Assembly: GCA_903889905.1 (NCBI GenBank)
Contig: CAISZI010000005.1
Span: 9,376-73,375, forward strand
Direction of reading: 5' to 3'
Source of the DNA: Candidatus Wirthbacteria bacterium
GTDB taxonomy: Bacteria; Patescibacteriota; CG2-30-54-11
Length of the DNA: 64,000 nucleotides
The notes under the pieces are model-generated. The model was not told where the DNA came from, ran no database searches, and saw only the letters and a list, made by a program, of their open reading frames with translations. A program made the translations under genes and the position numbers. This document shows positions 57,148 to 64,000 of the stretch, one piece after another; the stretch's first letter is position 1, and every line of letters starts with the position of its first letter.

Positions 57148-59076
57148 TTATTCTACCGTTACACTTTTGGCCAGGTTGCGCGGTTTGTCGATGTCGATAC
57201 TTTTGGGGACACTGGTAATGTGGCCAGGCATGGGGTAGACTTTCTGGATGCCTTCAGGCTGGTCAATGCTGAAGCCTTTGTAAAGTGTCACGTAATAAGC
57301 AAAGAGTTGCATTACGAGCGTGCTGACCATAACGCTGATTTCTTCGGACGACGCTGGCTGATAAATGACATGGTCGGCGTGTTTGGCGATTTGGGTGTCC
57401 CCCGCCTGGGCAATGGCCAGAATGTGTGCTTCCCGGGCGCGCATTTCCTGGATATTGCTGAGCATTTTTTTGTAAACACGTCCCTGGGGCACGAGACAGA
57501 CAATCGGGAACCCCGCGTGAATGACGGCATTGGGGCCGTGTTTGAGTTCGCCCGCGGGATAAGCCTCGGCATGGATGTAAGAAAGCTCCTTGAGCTTTTG
57601 CGTTCCTTCCAGGGCGCAGGGATAGTTGACGTCGCGGCCAATGTAGTAAGCACTTTGTTTGTGAATATAAAATGTGGAAAGTTGCGCAATCTGGTCTTCC
57701 AGCTGCAGCGTTTTTTCTAGCGTTTCCGGTAAGGCGGAGAGCTCATCGAGGAAGCCTTGCATCGCAAGCCCTGGATTATTGGTCTGGGCAAAGTAAAGCG
57801 CCATCAGTGCAAGCGTGGTAATCATTGAACTAAATGCCTTGGTCGATGCGACAGAGATCTCGGGGCCTGCCTGAAGATGACAGATGCGATCGACTTCACG
57901 CGTCATGGAACTGCCATGGGCGTTGACGATCCCCACCAAACGAGCAGGATGACTTTCTTTGGCTTTGTGTATGCTGGCGAGGGTGTCGGCAGTCTCGCCA
58001 GATTGACTGACCGCAATCACCAGTGTTTCACCATCGATGACGGGTTCATGATAGCGAAATTCGGAACCGTAAAACATTTCGGCGGTCACTCTACCCCACC
58101 GTTCGAACAGGTATTTGCCGTAGAGGCAGGCGTAAGCGGCTGAGCCACACCCGAGCAGCGTGACTTTGCGGATTTTACGCAAATCCAGTCCATCCAAACC
58201 AAGTGTTGCACCCTCCACGTGATGGTCAATAATCCGACCGGAAAGAACTTGCCGGAGCACATTGGGCGTTTCGTGGATTTCCTTGATCAGGAAATGCGGG
58301 TAACCACCCTTTTCGGCCTGCTCAGCATTCCAGGTAATGGTTCTGGTTTGGAAAGAGATGGCATGCCCTTCGAGATCGGTTACTTTGACGCTGTTGGACT
58401 TGATCGTGGCGACTTCCCCACTCTGGAGATTGTAGACTTCTTTGGTATACGGCAAGATGGCCGGGACATCGGAGGCCACCAGGTTTTCTCCCTGGCCAAT
58501 GCCAATGATCAGTGGATTGTGCATACGGCCGGCGAGTATGGCTTCCGGATGGTCCTGCGAGAAACAAACAATGGAATAGCCGCCTTCGACCTGTCGCAGA
58601 GCCGCACGAAAAGCTTGCTCAAAATGAGCCAGCGTTGGCGCCAGGCCTAATGGCACAACTTTTTGATACTCATGTTCAATCAGGTGAGCCAGGACTTCAG
58701 TATCGGTTTCACTCTGGAATTTGTGGCCGAGCGTGGCCAATTCAGCTTTGACTTCATAATAATTTTCAAAAATACCGTTATGCACCAGTACGATCTTGCC
58801 ACTGCAGTCGGTATGGGGATGAGCATTGCTATCGGACACCCCACCATGCGTGGCCCAACGGGTATGGCCAATGCCAAGCGTGGATCGAATGTCCTTATCC
58901 TGCAAAGAAGTGATCAGATTAACAATTTTGCCTTTTTTCTTGAATATTTTAATCCGATCATCCGAGAGCAAGGCGACACCAGCAGAATCATAACCCCGAT
59001 ATTCGAGCTTGCTGAGTCCTGACAGTAAGATTGGCAGTACCTGTCGTGGGCCTACATAACCAACAATTCCACACAT
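57148..59076 (-). CDS. glmS: Glutamine--fructose-6-phosphate transaminase
   Basis: MCGIVG, LEYRGYDSAG, GHTRWATHG, SQSGETADT, ELKHGP, PRNLAKSVTVE. Confidence 0.99.
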   Translation of the reverse strand: MCGIVGYVGPRQVLPILLSGLSKLEYRGYDSAGVALLSDDRIKIFKKKGKIVNLITSLQDKDIRSTLGIGHTRWATHGGVSDSNAHPHTDCSGKIVLVHNGIFENYYEVKAELATLGHKFQSETDTEVLAHLIEHEYQKVVPLGLAPTLAHFEQAFRAALRQVEGGYSIVCFSQDHPEAILAGRMHNPLIIGIGQGENLVASDVPAILPYTKEVYNLQSGEVATIKSNSVKVTDLEGHAISFQTRTITWNAEQAEKGGYPHFLIKEIHETPNVLRQVLSGRIIDHHVEGATLGLDGLDLRKIRKVTLLGCGSAAYACLYGKYLFERWGRVTAEMFYGSEFRYHEPVIDGETLVIAVSQSGETADTLASIHKAKESHPARLVGIVNAHGSSMTREVDRICHLQAGPEISVASTKAFSSMITTLALMALYFAQTNNPGLAMQGFLDELSALPETLEKTLQLEDQIAQLSTFYIHKQSAYYIGRDVNYPCALEGTQKLKELSYIHAEAYPAGELKHGPNAVIHAGFPIVCLVPQGRVYKKMLSNIQEMRAREAHILAIAQAGDTQIAKHADHVIYQPASSEEISVMVSTLVMQLFAYYVTLYKGFSIDQPEGIQKVYPMPGHITSVPKSIDIDKPRNLAKSVTVE

Positions 59077-59125
59077 ATTTCATCCTCATTAATGACGAAA
59101 TGAATGGTATTTGATTTGCATCTAG

Positions 59126-59325
59126 CGCTGGAGATGAACTGCTTTGGGCAATACTTGCGTATTGATTTGGCAGGCATTTGACGATGCCAGCAGCACCGGA
59201 AGGTTTCCGCAGATACTCTAAGCACATAATTTGTTAAGTACTTAGGTCCGATCGTCCCCACCGCTTGGTCGGGACCCTTCTCCTCGTCTTCCTCAGGTCA
59301 TGAGCAAGAGGACCACACGCTTGGT
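59126..59325 (-). ncRNA. glmS ribozyme/riboswitch (variant)
   Basis: Minus strand: A^GCG.., P1 UCCUC/GAGGA, GACGAGG, P2 GAAGG/CCUUC, AUCG, GCGG, P3 CGGUG/CAUCG, P3.1 GCUGG/CCAGC, P4 CUGC..CAAUAC-GCAA-GUAUUG..AAAGCAG; directly 5' of glmS. Confidence 0.85.
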
Positions 59326-59369
59326 TAATGGTTGCTCGGGTGGAATCCTCCGGAAATGGATAAAAAAAA

Positions 59370-59864
59370 TCAGACGGTTGGGGTGGAAACAGCTGGCGCG
59401 GTACTTGCCGGGGGTGTTGTTTTGGCTTTGCGCTTGGTGGTCGTCGTCGCTTTACGTGCTTTTTTGCCTTTACGGGTTTTACGTTTTTTGGGAGTTTTGA
59501 CAGGGGTTGGATCCGTCAAAGTTTTACCAATAAGTCCTTCTTCGCCTTCTTCGAAATGTGCTTTGGGGGGTACTTCTTTGCGTTTGCCAACCACTTCGGC
59601 GCGTCCACCTTGGATTGGGATGTTGGCAATCAATGAAGTTTGGGCGCCATCACGGGTAACCTTGAGTTCCAGCTCGTCCTTGTTGACTTCCAGGTACTCG
59701 GAAAGTGTTTTGATTAAGTCAGTTTTCATTTCTTCCATGGCGTCTGGTGTGATTTTGATCCGATCCTGCACCAATACCATTTTCAGCCGTTCACTAGCCT
59801 GGTCCGCGGCTTGCGTATCACTGTGTTTAAAAACTTTGACAATCAGTTCCCAGATACTGGCCAT
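59370..59864 (-). CDS. minE: Cell division topological specificity factor MinE with long basic tail
   Basis: ASERLKMVLVQDR, MKTDLIKTLSEY, LIANIPI; follows minD. Confidence 0.9.
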   Translation of the reverse strand: MASIWELIVKVFKHSDTQAADQASERLKMVLVQDRIKITPDAMEEMKTDLIKTLSEYLEVNKDELELKVTRDGAQTSLIANIPIQGGRAEVVGKRKEVPPKAHFEEGEEGLIGKTLTDPTPVKTPKKRKTRKGKKARKATTTTKRKAKTTPPASTAPAVSTPTV

Positions 59865-59882
59865 ATCGTAATGCTCCTTCTA

Positions 59883-60701
59883 TCAAGCTTTTTTAGAAAA
59901 TGTGTTTCGGATCAACTGCAGCAGTCTTTTGAATCCCGTAGGTTCGGGATCAATCCGCATCAGTGGAACTTCTTCGCCCATAATGCGAAGTGCGATATTC
60001 TGGTAGGCCTGACCGGCGCGCGACGTTTTGTCCAGAATGGCTGGTTCGCCACGGTTGGAAGTTACGACAATATGTTCATCATCGGGAATAATTCCCAGCA
60101 AACTGATGGCAAGAATTTCCAGGACGTCATCCACACTCATCATATCTCCGCGCTTGACCATGTGGGGTTTGATACGGTTGATGATTAAGGTTGGATCTTC
60201 AATCTCTGAAGCCTCCAGCATACCAATGATCCGATCAGCATCGCGAACCGCTGATACTTCAGGAGTCGTAACAATAATTGCCTTGTCCGCACCGGCGATC
60301 GCATTTTTGAAGCCGCGTTCAATGCCAGCCGGTGAATCCACCAGCACAATGTCGTGAGATTTCTTGAGTTCTTCGCAAAGGTCTTTCATCTGTTCGGGAG
60401 TTACAGCAGTCTTGTCACGGGTCTGGGCGGCAGGAAGCAGATAAAGGCTTTCAAAGCGCTTGTCCTTGATCAATGCCTGACGCAGTTTACAAACCCCATC
60501 AATGACATCAACCAGATCGTAGACAATACGATTTTCCAGTCCCATCACCACGTCCAGATTGCGTAATCCAATATCGGCGTCAATGACCACGGTTTTGTTA
60601 CCCAGCAGCGCCAAAGCAGCACCGAGGTTGGCTGTCGTCGTGGTTTTGCCTACGCCACCTTTGCCGGAGGTGATAACAATGACTTTTCCTGTTTTTTTCA
60701 T
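59883..60701 (-). CDS. minD: Septum site-determining ATPase MinD
   Basis: TSGKGGVGKTT, DIGLRNLDVVMGLENRIVYD, DSPAGIE, SAVRDADR, C-terminal amphipathic GFKRLL. Confidence 0.97.
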   Translation of the reverse strand: MKKTGKVIVITSGKGGVGKTTTTANLGAALALLGNKTVVIDADIGLRNLDVVMGLENRIVYDLVDVIDGVCKLRQALIKDKRFESLYLLPAAQTRDKTAVTPEQMKDLCEELKKSHDIVLVDSPAGIERGFKNAIAGADKAIIVTTPEVSAVRDADRIIGMLEASEIEDPTLIINRIKPHMVKRGDMMSVDDVLEILAISLLGIIPDDEHIVVTSNRGEPAILDKTSRAGQAYQNIALRIMGEEVPLMRIDPEPTGFKRLLQLIRNTFSKKA

Positions 60702-60721
60702 ATCGGACGTCCTTTTCTAAT

Positions 60722-61153
60722 CTAGCGTTTTTTGCGTTTGGGTAAGTATTGCTGTTTGTGAATGTTGTCATGAAACTTGGCATGATACAGCGGGAAATAC
60801 TTGACCCATTCAATGACAAAGTAGATGGCCATGCCAATCGTGCAACTAAGCGTCAGGAGCATCAGAAAACGCATGGCAAAAAAAGCAATTTGCTCCATAT
60901 CGGATAGCACAAAAAAGGCTCCCAACAGGCCAAGTGTGAGAAAGACGCGAGCGATTTTTTGCCATTCGCGTTTGCGGGTTAGCGTTTTTTTATCGCGTAG
61001 TTTGAATTTTGTCAACAGTAGAATGGCGATCGATATAATTGACAGAAAAGCATAGAAGAAGAGCAAAACCGTGTCATAACGAAACGATTGAACAGGCTGC
61101 ATATCAAAAAGAAGCGGCAGGTTAAACAAGGCTTGGAGCTCGAGGCGCAACAT
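60722..61153 (-). CDS. Hypothetical three-TM membrane protein
   Basis: Hydrophobic helices and basic C-terminus YLPKRKKR. Confidence 0.65.
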   Translation of the reverse strand: MLRLELQALFNLPLLFDMQPVQSFRYDTVLLFFYAFLSIISIAILLLTKFKLRDKKTLTRKREWQKIARVFLTLGLLGAFFVLSDMEQIAFFAMRFLMLLTLSCTIGMAIYFVIEWVKYFPLYHAKFHDNIHKQQYLPKRKKR

Positions 61154-61178
61154 GCAAAACTCCTAATACGTGGGTTGG

Positions 61179-61643
61179 TTAAACGTCCTTGACAACGGCT
61201 TCGTGGTGAGAAGAATGACCACAAAAAGGGCAGATTTTGAATTTTTTATCAATCACTTTGTTGCACTTGGCGCAGGTCTCTTTGACCTTGGTTTTGCAGT
61301 TGGGGCAGTAAACATAGTCGGTTTCCAGACCTTTGCGGCAGCTGGGGCAAAGCAGCAGTTCCCCCACTTCCTGGCGCATGATTTTTTCATCCAGAAGAAG
61401 CAAGCGGCGCTCGTCGAGTGTGTGACCTGGTCGGATAAAGCCATAGACAATCAAGCCAAGCAAAGGGAAAAGGATAACACAGGCAATGCTCAGGATCTGC
61501 AAAACGACATTTTTGGAGCGGTTGAAGATATCCTGGTACACCCAGAAAACAGAAGCGATCCAAAGGCTAAGAAAGGCCACTCCAAAGAAAATCAAGCTAA
61601 AAATCACCGGTTTGGATGTAAACAGTCCACCAAAATTGAGCAT
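61179..61643 (-). CDS. Membrane protein with double zinc ribbon
   Basis: FWVYQDI..R, TMs, RPGHTL, CPSC/CPNC/CAKC/CPFCG. Confidence 0.8.
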   Translation of the reverse strand: MLNFGGLFTSKPVIFSLIFFGVAFLSLWIASVFWVYQDIFNRSKNVVLQILSIACVILFPLLGLIVYGFIRPGHTLDERRLLLLDEKIMRQEVGELLLCPSCRKGLETDYVYCPNCKTKVKETCAKCNKVIDKKFKICPFCGHSSHHEAVVKDV

Positions 61644-61713
61644 AACAATCTCCTCAAGGGATTAAACACCGACAGTAATCTAACAAGAAGGATTTGAGTT
61701 GTAAACAGGAAGG

Positions 61714-64000
61714 TTAGAGTTCAGCGATGGCAGAGACCGTAGCGACTTCATCGCCTGCGTTGAGTCGCATCAGACGCACGCCCTGAGTGGCGCGGGCCAG
61801 CACATTGACCTGTTTGAACGGTAAGCGAATCACCTGGCCGGCATTGGAGATAATCACCAGGTCTTCAACACTGTCATCGGTCACGATCGAAGCCGCGATG
61901 ATGCCGGTTTTGGTCGTCAGATTGGCGGTTTTAACACCTTTGCCACCGCGGTTCTGGCAGGGATACTGGCTGACGACGGTGGATTTACCATAACCTTTGT
62001 TGGTGATGATGCAGACCTTCTGGTGCTGTTCATCGGGGTTAACAATGGACATGGAATTGACACGGTCGCCGGCAACGAGACGAATACCGTGGACACCGGT
62101 AGAACCGCGTCCCATCGCCCTGGCATCCGCTTCATCAAAACGAATCGAGAGGCCTTTGTCAGTGACCATGAGAATATGCTGTTTGCCATTGGTCAGTTTG
62201 ACTGAGGCGAGTTCGTCTTTGTCCCGCAAATTAATGGAAATGATCCCTGAATTACGGATATGTTCATATTCATTCAGAGGAGTTTTCTTGATGACGCCAC
62301 TGCGGGTGGCAAAAATCAGGTATTTATCCGGTTCTTTGAGGTTATCAATGCCCAGCACGCTTTGCACCAATTCACCCTGTTCCACCTGGAGCAAATTGAC
62401 AATAGCCTGACCTTTGGCGGTGCGACTGGCTTCAGGGACTTCGTAAGCTTTGAGACGAAAAACTTTGCCACGATTGGTAAAGAAGAGCAGATTGGCATGC
62501 GTTGAACACACCAGCAGATGTTCAACCACGTCTTCTTCTTTGGTGGGCATGCCAATGATGCCTTTGCCGCCACGGCCTTGGGAATGGTAGGTGTCGAGTG
62601 TCATGCGTTTGATATAGCCACCATGGGTAATGGCAATATAGACGTTTTCGTCCTCGATCAGGTCTTCTTCATTGAAATCGCCAACTGCCGACGGGACAAC
62701 GACGGTGCGACGTTCGTCGCCATAGAGTTCGGTCACATCGACAAGTTCTTTTTTGATAATGCTCATGATTTTGTGCGGGTTGGCCAGAATGTCGCGTAGT
62801 TTTAAAATCAAGGCGTTAATTGCGGTGTATTCGTCCTCGATTTTTTGGCGTTCCAAAGCAGCCAGACGACGTAACTGAATCTCAAGGATGGCGTTCGCCT
62901 GAAGTTCACTGAGATTGAATTTGTTCATCAGGTTCTGACGGGCTTCTTCGACCGGTCCGGAAGCGCGGATGGTGGCAATCACTTCATCGAGATTGTCGAG
63001 CGCGATCTTTAGTCCTTCGAGAATGTGGGCACGGGCGCCGGCTTCGTCGAGTTCGAACTGGGTGCGACGGGTAATGACATCTTTGCGGTGGTCAATAAAG
63101 TGCTGCAAAATCTGGCGCAGGTGCATTAATTTGGGTTGTTTGCCATCCACCAATGCCAGCATGTTGTAGTTGAAATTAAGTTGCAGCTGGGTGTGTTTAA
63201 AAAGTTGATTGAGAACAACCTTGGGAATGGCATCGCGTTTGAGTTCAATCACGACGCGCATACCATGGCGGTCACTTTCGTCACGCAGGTCGGAGATGCC
63301 TTTGATTTTTTTGTCTTTGACCAGATCGGCAATGCGGGTGACGAGGACGGCCTTGTTGACCTGATATGGAAGTTCCGTGACGATGATGGCGTTTTTGCTG
63401 GACGACACTTCCTCAATACTGGTTTTGGCACGCATGGTTACGCTACCGCGACCATTGATGTAAACATTGACGATGTCGTTTTGGTTAAAAATAAACCCAC
63501 CGGTTGGGAAATCCGGGCCTTTGATGAATTCCAGCAATTCTTCGATACGGGCGCCGGGGTTGTCAATCAAATAGGCGATCGCGTCAACCACTTCTCCCAA
63601 ATTGTGCGGTGGGATGTTGGTGGCCATACCCACGGCAATACCCGATGTGCCATTGACGAGAAGAGCGGGAATTTTAGAAGGTAAAACCGCGGGTTCCTTT
63701 TCAGAACCATCATAGTTGTCTACCCAGTTGACGGTGTTTTTCTTGATATCGGTAAGCAGTTCGCTGGTAATGGGGGCCATCCGGCATTCGGTATAACGCA
63801 TGGCAGCGGCGTTGTCCCCGTCGACGGAACCAAAGTTCCCCTGGCCATCAATGAGCGGATAGCGCATGGAAAAATCCTGGGCCATACGAACCAGGGTGTC
63901 ATAAATGGCCGCATCGCCATGCGGGTGGAATTTGCCCATGACTTCACCGACGACTTTGGCGCATTTCTGGTATTTGGCTTTGGCACTCAGACCCATTTCA
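61714..64000 (-). CDS. gyrA: DNA gyrase subunit A (N-terminus beyond window edge)
   Basis: [27 protein letters not shown], GyrA-box QGRGGKG, C-terminal pinwheel repeats. Confidence 0.98.
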   Translation of the reverse strand, partial: EMGLSAKAKYQKCAKVVGEVMGKFHPHGDAAIYDTLVRMAQDFSMRYPLIDGQGNFGSVDGDNAAAMRYTECRMAPITSELLTDIKKNTVNWVDNYDGSEKEPAVLPSKIPALLVNGTSGIAVGMATNIPPHNLGEVVDAIAYLIDNPGARIEELLEFIKGPDFPTGGFIFNQNDIVNVYINGRGSVTMRAKTSIEEVSSSKNAIIVTELPYQVNKAVLVTRIADLVKDKKIKGISDLRDESDRHGMRVVIELKRDAIPKVVLNQLFKHTQLQLNFNYNMLALVDGKQPKLMHLRQILQHFIDHRKDVITRRTQFELDEAGARAHILEGLKIALDNLDEVIATIRASGPVEEARQNLMNKFNLSELQANAILEIQLRRLAALERQKIEDEYTAINALILKLRDILANPHKIMSIIKKELVDVTELYGDERRTVVVPSAVGDFNEEDLIEDENVYIAITHGGYIKRMTLDTYHSQGRGGKGIIGMPTKEEDVVEHLLVCSTHANLLFFTNRGKVFRLKAYEVPEASRTAKGQAIVNLLQVEQGELVQSVLGIDNLKEPDKYLIFATRSGVIKKTPLNEYEHIRNSGIISINLRDKDELASVKLTNGKQHILMVTDKGLSIRFDEADARAMGRGSTGVHGIRLVAGDRVNSMSIVNPDEQHQKVCIITNKGYGKSTVVSQYPCQNRGGKGVKTANLTTKTGIIAASIVTDDSVEDLVIISNAGQVIRLPFKQVNVLARATQGVRLMRLNAGDEVATVSAIAEL

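Overview
Bacterial chromosomal window (standard genetic code) that is mostly housekeeping: CIRCE-hrcA-grpE-dnaK, T-box-led glyQS, der, gltX, AmmeMemoRadiSam amrSBA, rpoBC, the str/S10/spc/alpha ribosomal superoperon (tuf absent, uL30 present), tRNA-Glu, metK, an M29 aminopeptidase, glmS, minDE and a partial gyrA. The standout is a tightly coupled minus-strand operon (5382-14243). It encodes a full F1-like set (delta, alpha, gamma, beta, short epsilon), a ~3x over-long subunit-b-like stator and, in place of subunits a and c, a secreted six-repeat NHL beta-propeller fused to a subunit-c-like RNP hairpin that lacks the ion-binding carboxylate. I infer a non-chemiosmotic F-type rotary ATPase that moves or presents an extracellular propeller. 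A surface protein and an orphan PAS histidine kinase are transcribed divergently from it. Also visible by eye: a variant glmS ribozyme with extra hairpins, attenuator-like leaders (metK, rpoB, rplC), a duplicated structured trailer after tRNA-Glu and nested REP-like repeats. The lineage looks Patescibacteria-like or adjacent to it (inference only). All calls are from manual motif recognition; no searches were run.
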